This document shows positions 38,065-50,975 of a stretch of DNA of 64,000 bases, one piece after another. Under the pieces are notes generated by a model, which saw nothing but the letters and a program-made list of their open reading frames with translations, did no database searches and was not told the DNA's origin. Source of the stretch: Camelus dromedarius (Eukaryota); the NCBI RefSeq assembly GCF_036321535.1, contig NC_087436.1, forward strand, positions 110,548,001 to 110,612,000, read 5' to 3'. A program made the translations under genes and the position numbers. The number at the start of each line of letters is the position of its first letter. The first letter of the stretch is position 1.

Positions 38065-38448
38065 TTCATAGGTACAATTACTATCATCTCACTTAATAGG
38101 TGGGAAACTGAAACACAGAGAGATTTAACAATATGCAAGGTTATCTCACTAGCAAACATCTAGGACGTAGTGGGGCTGACCTTCAAATCTTGGTAATCTG
38201 GCTCCCGAGTTCATGGGCACAATCACTAAATTAATCCGCTTCTCCATTTTATATCCCTGTAGCTGTTATAATCCATATTGCAACCTCATGAGTTAGGTAC
38301 TATTAGTAGATATACTTATTTGACAAATGAGGAAACTGAGGCAAAGAGTTAGATTAACTTGCCCAAAGCCACATAGTTAGTAAGAGGTGAAGCCAGGTTT
38401 GAATGAGACCTTTGTGCCTAAGACTTCTGCTCCTAATGACTATGTATA
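38065..38448 (-). mobile_element. Two tandem MIR SINEs
   Basis: Cores 'ggtgggaaactgaaacacagagagatttaa' and 'acaaatgaggaaactgaggcaaagagttagattaacttgcccaaagccaca'. Confidence 0.85.
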
Positions 38449-38989
38449 TCTTTCTAAGAATGGTATTGCATAAAATTACTTTTAGAAATCATACATCTCT
38501 TCTTTGTTATTATAAAAATTCACAAGGTTTCCTTCAGGGCTGTTATTTTTGAGTGCTGCAAGTATCATTTTACTGAGTGAATGCCCAACCACATCAGATC
38601 GTAGTGCCTACCCCTGACCGCTTAATTACTTAATGCTCATAAAGCCTGGACTGCTGACCCAAATCCTGTGGTCTTTCCTCTCCATGGGGTAAGCTCTTAA
38701 TCAATCAGATGTTCAATTCAGTTTAATTCAATGTTTTTTACTGACTTGAACCATTTTCCAACTGAGCTCACCAAAGTAACACCAAGAACTGCCATCTGAC
38801 CCGGTTTACGTGAATTTCAGTCTGGATTTTAATCAGTCTAGCTTCTGTGTGTGTGATTCTTAGAGTAAAATATTTTGGTATCTACAGTGTGGGAATGATG
38901 ACTTGGGACATATGTTGCCCTGAGTCAGTCTATGGAGCCCAGGGTCCATCTATCAACAGTGGCACTTTCTAAAGGACTTGTCAAGAAGA

Positions 38990-39180
38990 ATGGAAGAACT
39001 GATTGTGCTCCTTAATGTCAGTCCTCAAAGGGATGTTCCGACTAGTATCTCTTTCTCCTGTTGCTATTCAATGTGCTTAGTCATGAAAGCATATACACAT
39101 ACATTTGTGTGTTGGACCCAGAGTCTACATTTGCCCTTAAGTTAATTATCATTTACTTGAGCAGAGAGACATCTTAATTG
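38990..39180 (+). mobile_element. Possible CR1/L3 RT fossil
   Basis: 'gtcctcaaagggatgttcc...tcctgttgctattcaatgtgcttagtcatga' resembles the GVPQGSVLGPxLFN coding region; weak match. Confidence 0.3.
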
Positions 39181-39565
39181 TTTCATCCCTGAAAGGGATC
39201 CTGTGTCAATAGACCTTCTAGGTAGTTGCTCAGGGATTCTATGGGTGGGCAAGCCAAGTATGATAGTCTTTGTATGAAATCCCGAGAATGCTCTACTTGC
39301 CAACCCTGCCTCTTGTATGGTCACCTGTTACTCTCTGTCTGGCTGCCTCTCTCTTTGAGAAATCCTTTTCCCCAATTCTATGTGATTCTCTAAATCCTGT
39401 TTCCCTGTCATTGTATGGATAAAGGTGGGCATGCAACACACACTGCTAGTCAGAGTACCCTAAAATCCCTGGACATAAAGACTGATACACAGGGATGAGT
39501 CTACAACCTAAGCAACATTTGAGGAGGAAAGAATAGGTGAGCAGTCAAAGAGCCACTCTGTAATG

Positions 39566-40165
39566 TGTGCTACTTGTCCACCGCTGCATAATATGTGACT
39601 CCAAAATTTAGCAGCATCGACGGCACACATCCTAGAGTTGCCAAATGTCAGAGATTCAGGCATGGCTTAGCTGGCTCACCCAGCTCAGAGTCTCTCAAAA
39701 GACTGGAATCAAGTGTCATCCAGTACTCATTCATCTCAAGGCTCAACTGAAGGAATATACACTTCCAAGCTCTCCTGATAGTTGTTGGCAGGGTTTAGTT
39801 CTCAGGGGCTATTAGACTAATGGACTCAGTTCCTCACTGGTTGTTGGTCAGAGGTCACCTTCAGTCTCTTGCCAATTTGGCCTCTCCATATGGAAGTTGA
39901 CTTCTCCAGAGTGAGCAAGTAAGAGAGCAGGAGAAGTAGTACCAGCCAGAGAGAGAGTGAGAGAGAGAGTGCTAGCGAAAGTCACAGCTTTTTGCACTTG
40001 AATCTAGGAACTGATAGCCCATCACTTTGGTATATTCATTCATTTAAAGCAAGTCAGCTTTGCCATCTAAAGCCATGTCCAGCTCAAGGGGAGGGTACTG
40101 TGCAAGGTCGTGGTGACTGGGAGGTGGCTATCATCTGGAGCCATTTTGGAAGGTTGGCTACCACA
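39566..40165 (-). mobile_element. MaLR solo LTR (MLT1F-like)
   Basis: TG...CA ends; 'catggcttagctggctc', 'cacttccaagctc', 'ggactcagttcctcactggttgttgg' and 'gccattttggaaggttggctaccaca'. Confidence 0.85.
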
Positions 40166-41899
40166 ACAGTATGACTACATATGTGTACCCCAAGCTGATA
40201 CTAACTCATGTTAGGCAAACAAATTAGAAAAAGTATCCCCCATAATTGATCAGATGCAACTCAGATGTACCCACATCAAAAAAAAGTACCCCCCCCCTTG
40301 GAAAATGCATCCTTGAGCCAGGACGCACGACTCAGCCAACAGAGACTACCATCTCTGAGTAGTGCACACACTATAAAACTGAGAATAGCAGTGCTGTGCA
40401 CACTGTTAACTCATTTTCTGTCAAAACACAGTTCTATGTCAAATCATGCTACTTCGGGAGTAAGGGCCAGCATGTACTATTTTAGAAGAGTGAAGGCTTT
40501 GGTAGTGAAGTAAAGTCAATATAAAATCATTCATTAAATGAGGTAATGCAAATGACATTTCTGAAATTGAGTTGCTAGCTTTAACGCACTAAGCAAATGT
40601 AAGGAATTATTATCCATATCTAGTCTGGTGAGTCCAACAAACATACAGTATCCAATATCATTATTTCATTTGGAACATCCAATAATTAACCTTAGTCTCC
40701 CACGCCATTTTTATTCAGTCAAGCTTTATTGAGCACCATTTTTGTATGAGGTACTTTCAAGCATATGAAGTCATGATGCCAATAAAATAATAGTGTCAGT
40801 TATGGGTTAGCCTTTCTTCACACAGGGGGTGTAACTGGTGTAACCTACATGGACTTAAATGTTCCTACATGTCTCTTACTCCCAACCATCTCCCTATCAT
40901 CACTCTCTGAAACTCCCCAAAGAGGAGTTGTTGCTATGTTGTTTATCTATCTTTGTTGAGATGATGAATAAGAAAATGTAGATAAACTAATAGAGTAACT
41001 TTCTGGAGCAACTGGCCTCCACACAGTCATTGCTACCATCTACATGTGGTACAAGCATTCCTTTGGGAATTACTTACTAAGATATTCATTTTCAAATGGC
41101 ATCCATTAAACAGGAGACTCTTAATGTCTTATGCTAATCACATCCTGCACCCTAAGGGAATGAACTCTCCCATCTCTGAACACCTCTCGCTTAGATTTAA
41201 CCTCTCCTGTGTCATTCCACATCTTCACCTACGCGCAGACCATCCAAAAATGCTGTGTGTAGCTCTAAAGCTGTGTATACATACAGCTGTTATTTGAGAG
41301 AGTCATTTTTTGCATTCTCCCTTTAAATAGTATCTGCTTTCAGGAAATACTTCAGTGTCCACCCTAGGTCATTATAAATTAAGGAAAGTAAGCATATTTC
41401 ATCTCCCATTCAACCCTTCCTTCCTCCATCAGACACCTCTGAGCAGTACCTGTAGGAGGAAGGTGCCATATGAGCAGAGAGGAACGTGGCTGGTCATTGT
41501 CTAATGTCGTCCCTGGAAAGCCATGATGTCACAGATCTAACTCGGTTTTTTTCTCTCTACTGACTTCGTACATGACTTAAGAAACAAACAAAACTTTAGT
41601 ACAAAAATAGAGGAGCATAATTAAGCAAGAACTAAAGGCTGAGCTGTCAGAGCAGCAGCTCACCAACACGGAGCGCTAGCCACAAAGATGTATAAGCAAT
41701 GTCTCTTCTCACAGTTTTCAGACTTCTAGAGGAGGTAAAATATGTGAAGAATTACAACTCAAAAAAGAAGCTGTGTCTTAAGATGGGTCCAAGAAAATAC
41801 ATTTAAATGTCCAGAGAAGAAAGAGATAATCAGTGAGGGCTTCATGAGGAAGTGGCATTTGATAATAATAACAACAGTAATAGAAATAATAGGAATAAA

Positions 41900-42690
41900 A
41901 TCAAGCTAACATTAAATACTTATATTATTCCAGGCATTTTTCCTGAATACTTTATATTTATTAACTTATTTAGATTTTAGAATAATTCTAGGAGATTTTC
42001 ATTCATTCTTTCAACAAATATTTCTTAAGTCCCTAGTCTGTGGCTGGCAGAGGTCTATTAGCTGAGTTACAGAATATCACTGTTCCCTTGAAGGTTACTT
42101 TCTACTGACAGCTACCTCTATAATCTCAGTTTTCCAAGAAACTGAAGTGTGAAGGAGTTACGTACCCTGACAAATGTCTCACGTATTTTTAGTATTCAAG
42201 TTAGCATTGATTGCAGTCTGGATGGCACAGAGTATTCTTAACCTCTATGCCCTTCCAGCATCAGGTGATAGGATGCTAATAATTAAAATCACAATAATGT
42301 CAGTTAACATTTAGTTGGGCACTTAGGATATGACAAGTGCTATGCAACTTTATATGGGTTATTTCATTTATTCCTCAAAACAATGCTATGACTGCATTAA
42401 CTGGAATAAGTTTATGACTCAATAAGATCCTGTGCGCTATAACCAGGCCGCCATATTTTAAATTCTAGTACTTACTAGTACTTGGCTAACAATGCTGCCT
42501 GTTCCTCAGTTTACCCAACCACAAACTGGGTGACACAGCTAGGCAGTACCAAAGAGAACGGCAGTTGTTGTACCAAGGTTTTTACTTGCCTGTTTCCTAC
42601 ACTTTAAGTATCTTAGAGTCGGGGGCATGTCTCATTACTCACTGTGTCCTGACACATTGGAACACTCAATAATTATTTGATGAATGAGTC
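41900..42690. mobile_element. Cluster of MIR and L2 fragments
   Basis: 'attcattctttcaacaaatatttc', 'gttaacatttagttgggcactta', 'gttcctcagtttacccaacc' and 'cactcaataattatttgatgaatga'. Confidence 0.65.
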
Positions 42691-44469
42691 AAAGATTGGT
42701 AGAATAAAGGAGCTTGTTGAAGAATTTTTGTAAATCAAAGCATATGGCATGAGCTGGATGATTTCAAGAACTTCAGCATTCCAGAAACCATTCCAGAAAG
42801 CACCACATATTGGAAAGAGTCTCCATCACCATAGGCCAAAGTAAGTGCCTGTGGTTGCATGGGAGGCTCTGGGTTCCCAAAGGAGATGGCTGCACAGCAT
42901 AGGCCAAAGGGAGACAACTGTTTCTGCTTCCTTGTTAGCCCTGGGTTTGGGCCCAGTTATGAAGAAATTAAGTCAGAAAGTAAGTTCAAGATGTACAAAT
43001 TTTCCTAGCACAAGAAAGGGTGCCCTGCAGCAGAAGTCCAACCAGAAGCTGCATTTGTGGGTGATAATGAAAGCCATATCCTGGCATTCTAAACACATTA
43101 TTGAATCCTCTGCAATTACAGGAATCCATTGCTAAGGTTGCAGCTAGACCATTTTCAAAGTTGGCGTGGAACCAAGAAATGAAGAACTCAAGCTCCTTCC
43201 ATTTTCTTTTTCCACTAATGAATACTCTTTTTGTTCCAAAGTATTCCAAGTCACTCCCCTGACAATGTAGGTAATTAATGGACCATTCTTGATTCAGATG
43301 CTGTTGAAAATGAGGGGGGACTTGATAATTGAATCTGTATCCAAACTTTCCCATTATCTAAGTGACTAATAAGTGTACATTAAATTAATAACAATATTTT
43401 TCTAGGAACTTCTTTACAGTTTATTGGTAACACTCATCTGACAAAAGAGAAAATGGAGGCAGAGAAGCTCTGCCAAAGACTGGAGCAGAAAATTCACTTG
43501 ATTCCTTTTGAGATGAGATTTGAGATTGGACTTCATCAAAGTTAACAAGACCTAGATCCATCATCAGGCTCCCCAAAAGTAAGAATTAAATAACTAAATA
43601 GCACAATTTGATGCAGATTTTTTTTAATGACTTAAACCTATTTTTTAACTTTGAATAAAAGATTTGGGATAGGGTAACTTTCAGGGTCAATAATAACAGT
43701 AATGCTTCTGATATTATTTCATTAAAAGATCTTCAATTTCAACCATCTCCAGAATACCTTAACAACAGAGATAAAAATAGGTTTGCCTCTGATTTTTGGA
43801 GTAAACAGTGCAAAATCAGAGTCCAAAAGTCACAAATGTTTGGACCATATAGAAACTTATCTTCTCTGGAACTGGTCTTAGCGAATGTTAAGCTAGACAC
43901 TCCCCTCTTCCTCCCAGAGGAACTTCTACGCTAAAGTTAAATGTACAGGACAGAATACGAGCTGGTTTAGAAGATACTTTAGTTCAAAAATTCCTCACAT
44001 ACAAGTTTCGTATCCCTGAGGAATCCAGTGGCATCTTCTCGTGTTCAAGTCAATGAGCAATATCCAGAAAAAGATGATCATAGATTTTGCAATTGTTCAC
44101 ACTAAAATGTCAGAAGTATTGCATTTATAGTCTGAGGGGACACAAGATGAACAATAAACGATTGCTCAGAAACAAAATATTGGTTCCCATTTCGTGTTTT
44201 CTCATAGAAGTACAGACAACATATGGGTCAAACGAAGAAGTGGCTGAGAAAAATCTTTTTGAGGGTGTCACGGAGGAATCACAGAGGAGGTACTTTAGGT
44301 CTATTTCCCGGGAGAAAAAGAAGAGAAATGAAGAGACCAGAAAGAAAGAAACAGTGTTTGGGGGGATTAGCAAGTTGACTGGCAATTCAAAATGTTAATA
44401 TTTAAAGATTCAGAGATTGTGGCAAAATAAGAAGGGCCCTAAATATCTTAACACGGAATTACTGTGGTG

Positions 44470-44705
44470 CAGGAGCTTCTCCAAAACACCAGTGCCCCAC
44501 GAGATATTAATCAGTGTTCCTCAGAAATATAAGTTCGTGGTCAAATAAACTTAGGAAATTGTGAGTGCTATGATTCTCAATTTTTGAGATTCAAAGTGTA
44601 CTAGATGTTAAGGACTCAGACAAATCTCAGAGGAAAAAAAAATCTGTTTAACATTTAACATAGTTCAACCTAATACTTCCTAACTCATTTTATCATGGCA
44701 CAGAA
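44470..44705. mobile_element. hAT-Charlie MITE (MER112/Charlie4-like)
   Basis: 'gttcgtggtcaaataaacttaggaaa', 'ttgagattcaaagtgtactagatgttaaggactcaga' and 'atctgtttaacattta'. Confidence 0.65.
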
Positions 44706-44730
44706 GTGTCCCCCTTCTCACATACATTCA

Positions 44731-44810
44731 CCTTCCTTCCTTCCTTCCTTCCTTCCTTCCTTCCTTCCTTCCTTCCTTCCTTCCTTCCTTCCTTCCTTCC
44801 TTCCTTCCTT
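44731..44810 (+). repeat. (CCTT)20 perfect tetranucleotide microsatellite
   Basis: 80 nt of uninterrupted CCTT units. Confidence 0.97.
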
Positions 44811-45749
44811 CTTTCCCTCATTGAGCTACCTTTTCTGGATACTCATTAACCTCTCCCACTATACACAACTGTGAGCCCTTGCAGGCTTTCAGTGAAGACA
44901 ATGACATCACCAAATTTGCATCTGGAGTACAACATGAAAGGTAAATTAGAGTGGGTTGAGACTAGAGGTAGAGGGACCATAGCATTACATGTGATTACAC
45001 TGGATAAGACACAACGTGCATGGTAGCATGGAGTGGCCAAGGAGAAAAGAGAGCAAGAATGAAACAATAAATGCATGCATGAATAAATAAATAAATGAAG
45101 ATCCACACAGGCTACATCAGAGTAACTCTGGTGTTTCTGCCATGCATTACCAGCGGTGACTTTTAAGATAGAAAAGAGAAGATGCACTGTTTAGCTTTGA
45201 AAACTCGTGGTTTCTGTGGCACATTTCTGGGGAGATGTCTAGGAAGCAGTTCCAGATGGGCAATAAGGAGATCATCTGGGATATGGTGTTAGGAGCATCA
45301 GTATTTCATTGATTTGTGAAGCAATGCAAATATTAAGCGTTTAAAGAAACACATTATGTTAAAGCTAACTTTTGGTATGTATTTCGATCTACTGCAAGCC
45401 AAAACTTTCAGTGTCTATTATTAACCTGCAAAACAATGAGAATGCTAAGTAGCATATGGAGCCTATAAGTCGGAAAACTTGGATATTTTCAGTTTCACTG
45501 GGAATCTAAGATTTGAAAAATAGATAGAAGTAGATCACTTAGCTCCCCATGGCTCTATGTACCAAGGCAATCAGGGGATCACTGAAATATTCAGTGTAGC
45601 CAGTTATTTGGCATCATTTAAATAAAAACTAAAAGGAACATGAGTGAACCTCAACTTGTAAAATTTCTAAATCCAGTCAGTTTTTATTAGAAACCATAGC
45701 CTTTGCCCCTCTGTTACTGTCACCTGAAATTCCTCACAACTTGTTTGTC

Positions 45750-46150
45750 TCCCAGACAAGAGAAAGTCATCTTTAATTTCAAGCTGGAGGTCCATCCCTT
45801 CCTTGAAGCCTTTTCCAGCTGTCTTCACCAACACACGAGTCAAAGTGAACCACTTCTTTTTCAGAGCTCGTAACACTTCATTCCTGTCTCTGTTAGGGCA
45901 TGTCATTCACCACACTGTTACTCGGTGGGCTTATGTCTTTCCTCCAGTTACACGGTGTGCTCCTTCAAGGTAAGCCTTATTTATCTCTAATTCTCTCACT
46001 TTACCACCTTTGCCTCGTGCCTGGCAAGTAAGTGCCATTCAATTTTCGTTCATTGCATAATGAATATTGAGTGAACAAATGAATGTATGCATTATGAAAT
46101 ACATGAAAGCAGGAATGAAAGAATAAACGCATGCATGAATGGACAAATAA
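45750..46150 (+). mobile_element. L2 3' end
   Basis: 'cccttccttgaagccttttcc...gtgctccttcaagg...cgtgcctggcaagtaagtgccattcaat' followed by a TGAA-type tail. Confidence 0.75.
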
Positions 46151-47666
46151 ACGAAGACCTACACCAGCCACCTATGTCAGGACACTTAATTTGGTCTTCC
46201 TGGTTTGCTCAAATTTGTTCTTTGGGAAAACTGAGAAGTCAGGATTTTGAAGCGTTTCACATAGGATTTCAGGCAATTAGTTAGGAAAAGTCAGGGCTCA
46301 CAGAAGTGCAGGAAGGCCCCACTTATTTCACTAGATCCACGCAGATACAGCCATTGGGTTTCTGGTTAGAAAACTGAAGAGAAAGCCATCTTTTACAAGT
46401 TTTAGGAGAAGAAATGGGGAAAAAATGTCACTTACAGGGTAATAATTTTTTCTCAGAACATCACATTGAAAATGAAAAGGCCAAAACCAGGGGAAAATGT
46501 CAGACACTGGCAAAAAAATATTATGAAGGCTGATTATATAAACCTGGTCTTGTTTGAAGGGTAAAGACTGTAATCCATAGATCAAGTTCAAATTTCCTGT
46601 TTAAATATTGTTACTTTGACTATTAATCTGAGTTCCATGTTTGATTGCAGGGATCAGGGCTGCAAATATTGATTACCGTGAGATGAAAGCAGAAATTCAT
46701 TTCTGAAAAGGAAGCCGAGGAGCACATTTATATGCACCCAAGTTTATAGAAAATACCTCGGGATTCTGACTCAAACCAGAGTGTAATTGTTTCTTTTCAC
46801 CCTGCTTCTTCAGCCTCCTTTCAGCTGACCGAACGCACATCCCATATCTGGGCACATTTACAAAAGCTAAAACAAACAATCCAAGTAGCCAAACACTATG
46901 GCAACAGAGCCAAACTTGACACCACTAACTCACAACAATAAATCTCCACAGATCTCAGAGCCACCACCAGATCTCCTGCTTTGTTCATTACAAAGCCCCA
47001 CGTTTCCCATTGAATCACAGGGAGTCACTGCTTCATGCCATGCCTCCTAGTAACTGCCAAGCCCAAGCTGTGATGGATGACGAGGGAAGAAGTTCACAAC
47101 AGAGAATCCCCAGCTGAGCAAAACCTGCTACCCCAGGTCATGGTTTGTTTTTCAGAACAATCAGAAAGATCAGGTTATAGTGGAGAGATGCAATCTTGCA
47201 GAAAGTTAATAAACTAAACACTTTATGCCATGAGAGAGGCCAACAGAGCTGACCCTAACGTTATCCTTCCTTCAACAAATCCCTGGGCCACTGAGTGCAT
47301 GGATTCACTACCTACTTCTACTCAGTCTGGTTGTGTTGGTCATATTTATACATAGACTTCCTCATTTGTGATTGATGCACCGAACTTGAGAGGAGGTGGA
47401 GAACTGAGGCAGAAATCTTGAATTATTTGTCAATGGACAAATAATTAAGTTCTGTGTGAACACAAAACAGAATTCAGGTCAAATTATAGTGATACTTTCC
47501 TTGAAGAGCTCAAGTTAAATTCTCTTTGTTTTGCCCATATATTTCAGAGACACAAGAGAAGAGTGCAGGTAAGCTTAGCATTGGTCACTTCAGTGGGTCC
47601 CAGATGCCAGGGAGTAGACATATAGACCTATGACAAAGTTCTCACCACATCAAGGAAAAGAAGCAG

Positions 47667-47743
47667 AAAATACAGAGAATAAAGTGAGACTTTCAGAAAC
47701 TAAATGAGTCATCTTAATTCTGAAATTATATTCTCTGTATTTT
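47667..47743. repeat. 77-bp imperfect palindrome centred on ATGAGTCAT
   Basis: Perfect 15-bp arms 47667-47681 / 47729-47743 and perfect 8-bp inner arms 47691-47698 / 47718-47725. Confidence 0.9.
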
Positions 47744-48404
47744 ATTAGTGTTAAAATATCCTCTCCTTTATGCCATGATGGTAGGGGAAAAAAGCATTAG
47801 AGGGTGTTTTTTTGTTTGTTTTTATTTTTGCTTTTTTTTAACTTGGTAAAGTCCAAACGTAGACTCTATAACAAATATCATAATTAAATATACACATCAT
47901 TTTACACAATAAAAATGTAGAGGAGTATGCAGAATAATGTAATAAATGCTTATGTTTATCAAACTTTTAATGAATAATTATCAACAAAGTATCCTTTGGT
48001 ATAGTCCTATGTGATTTTACATAGTTATATCATTCAGATAAACTCACCTTGACCTCCAACCTCAGTCGTCCACAATTCCAGGTGGTAGGAGCAGGACTAG
48101 ATTCCTGTCACTGGATTCTTTTCCACTACTCCGAGTCACTCTTTGTAATCAGAGAAGCCCTTGGACAAGTGGTAAATGATACTCCAAAGAAACATCCCGC
48201 ACGTGGATGTTCAGCAGGAATGCGGAGTGCCTGAACAAGGTGTGAGAATAAGAGACAAAGTCAAGCAGTTACATCATAAACTATAATCGCTGTTCCTTCA
48301 GAGTCTTATAGTTCCTGATAGAGCAGGGAAAGCTCAAGAAACCAATATTCATATTCCTTTGAAAATGCAGATCTCAAACAGGATCCCATTGTTATTGGGA
48401 CAAA

Positions 48405-48620
48405 GTACAGCATACTTAAAATAACTTTGTAATCTGATCACTCCTACTTAACAGGGTATGTGACTTTGGACAAATTATTTATCATTTTAAGTCTCAATTT
48501 CTTCAGCTTTAAAATGAAAATGATAATACCTATCACAAATTTTAATTTATTGTCAAAAGATTAAATGAGACAATTTAAGTTAAAGCATTTAGCACAGCAC
48601 TCAATGAACACTACCATTTT
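48405..48620 (+). mobile_element. MIR SINE
   Basis: 'tgtgactttggacaaattattt...gtctcaatttcttcagctttaaaatgaaaatgataatacctatc'. Confidence 0.85.
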
Positions 48621-50479
48621 CTGCTGTTACTATGGGTTTTTCTTCTACAGAGGTGGCACACTAATGCTGAAAGATCTGACTGTGAAGGTTACATCCTTCA
48701 ACTGCTGAGTTCATCTCCCTCACCTCCATCAAGCCATCCTAACCCACACCGGTCCTCAGCAATCTTTCCTTAACTCTCAACATAGAACATTTATTTTCTC
48801 ACATGCAAATCTTACAACCTAAATGAATGTAACTTGCATATATGGTTGATGACTATCTGGACTAAGATTTATTTGGGAAGTCAAGGCCTAGGCAACTTAA
48901 TACATCATGCAAGAGATAAATATACAAAAGCTCAATATGCAAGGCCTCATATACAGAAGCAAGAGAAAAATCTCGGAAAGCATTTCGTGACAAGAACCAA
49001 ATAATTGGCATGAGTAATGTGCTTTGGTGTCAACAGATATTAAGAGTTCTGTAGGCTGGAAAAACTGTGGAAAACTCCACGGTGGAGAAGAGCCCAAAGC
49101 TTGGTCATTAGGGATGGGTAGGATTTGGTTTGGCTGAGATGGGGTTAGTTACACGAATAAAATCAATGAATAAATGATTTGGAGTACAGCAGAGAAGCTG
49201 GAGCAGTACAAAATGATTAGAAATAAGTGTAGATTTTATGCAGTTCGATTGAGGCCAGAAAGCAGAGGTATCAGAGCTCCCAGCCACCCTGTACTTCTGG
49301 GAAGGTGCCATTTGGCAGAACTTTCTCCAACTCTGCTTTGTGAAACATCTCACGCCCACCTCTATTAGTTCCCCGAGTGCAACAGCAGTGTTCTCTTTCA
49401 ACATTTTAGCTGCAGGGTTTTTTTTTTTTAACTTGGTTTTTCATGATTTTTTTTGCTTTTCTCTTTCCTGCTGCAGTCTCTGACCTACACCCTGCCCTCT
49501 CCTAATGTAACACCTCCTTGTCACATTTGAACTACGCTCAATATGAGACCTCTTCTTCCTCGCTCTCTCGATCCACACAAAACCAAAATCCTGTCTTTGA
49601 TACCAGAAAACCCGTGCCCAGGGCTGTGTGAGAGTCTGTGCCTGACCGGCCACAAAATGGAAGCTTTAGCCTCTAGGCAGAGGGGAACCATTGCAGGTCG
49701 AGGAGGAGGGGTTGAAACACAATTGTTGATCTTTTTGTGTCAGTGAGATTTCAAACACCAGAATTTGGTGGTCATCCTAGAGAAATGAGAGGATTCAAAA
49801 CACCACTAACCGAATCAGCAAAATGAAGCCCAATCATCGCCTTAGTCCATTAGTCTCCTGTGCTGCCTGAACAGTCACTGTGTGTCATTCTCTGTTGTCA
49901 TGTACCGCCACCAGTCACTAAGTCAGCAGTCAGCCCTCTGCCCTCTTTTAAAGCATGTCTCCTACTTTAATCAGCCTTTCATAGTCTTGCAAGGTGAGGT
50001 TCCCTTCTTACATCTCACAGATTTTTAACGTGGAACCAAGCTGGTGTTATGCCTTCACCTATAAAAGTTGTTCCCACTGAACTGTGCTGCCCACTCAGCT
50101 ACACTCCCAGCTTGACATAAAGGGAGAGCCTTACAATAATTTGAATAATATACAAAGATTGTGAAAATCCACAATAAATACCGTTCAAATTTGGCAGCTA
50201 ACCTGTGAAAGTTTAAAGCTTATTTGCATACCATGATATTCCAGAGTTAAGGCACTAGTCTGGAAACTTAAAAGCAACTTCATACCTAGTGCATGAACTC
50301 CTACAGAGCACAGTGCCAGTAATTACTCATCCAGTCTCTATTTAAATATTCCTAGGAAGTTTCGCACAAATCATATTTGAGAAATTCGATTTGTAAAAAG
50401 TTTCTCCCTTGCGTTGATTCAAATTCTGCTTCCTTCTGACTATTATCTACTGGTCCTAATCTTGTTTTCCAGACCAACA

Positions 50480-50975
50480 GAATAAATCTTACAGAGGCAG
50501 ACCCTGAGTAAGGATTTTTGGGCCTGTGATTTATTATGGAGGTGCTTCCAGGAGAACTTGTCAGGGAGTGGGGGAAGGAGCACAGGAAAAGGGAAGAAGC
50601 CAGGAAAGGAAAGGTATGATGCCAGGCAAAGTCCCTGGGAGGGTAGCTTCAAACTGACCCTGCCAAGGAGTGCCCTAGGGTGTAAGTTACATCTTCCGAT
50701 CCAGTCCCTACTTGGAGCAAGGAAGCCAAGGCTCTCATACTCCACCATGAATCCATGAATCAGTCATTGACCAAAGGGCCACCATGGAGCTGTAAACCCT
50801 CTGCACTTCTGTCTCTCTGTGTCTGTGGGCAAAGCAGCTCAGTGGCCTGAGGTGTCCTCTGAAGGAAGATTTCAGGTGTGAGCCTTTGGAAGCAAAAGCA
50901 AACTGAAGCCAGGGAGGAGACCACAGAAATGATCAAGGGATCTGAGCACGTCAGAATGGAGACCGAGTGTCCACC
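50480..50975 (-). mobile_element. ERVL LTR (LTR16-like)
   Basis: 'gaggcagaccctgagtaaggattt...gatttattatggaggtgcttccaggag...agggagtgggggaagg...cagtcattgacc'. Confidence 0.75.

Noticed and set aside
44087..44398. 103-aa ORF / possible exon near 44208-44289
   Set aside because: Weak donor (GTACTT), no recognisable protein and no supporting neighbouring exons.
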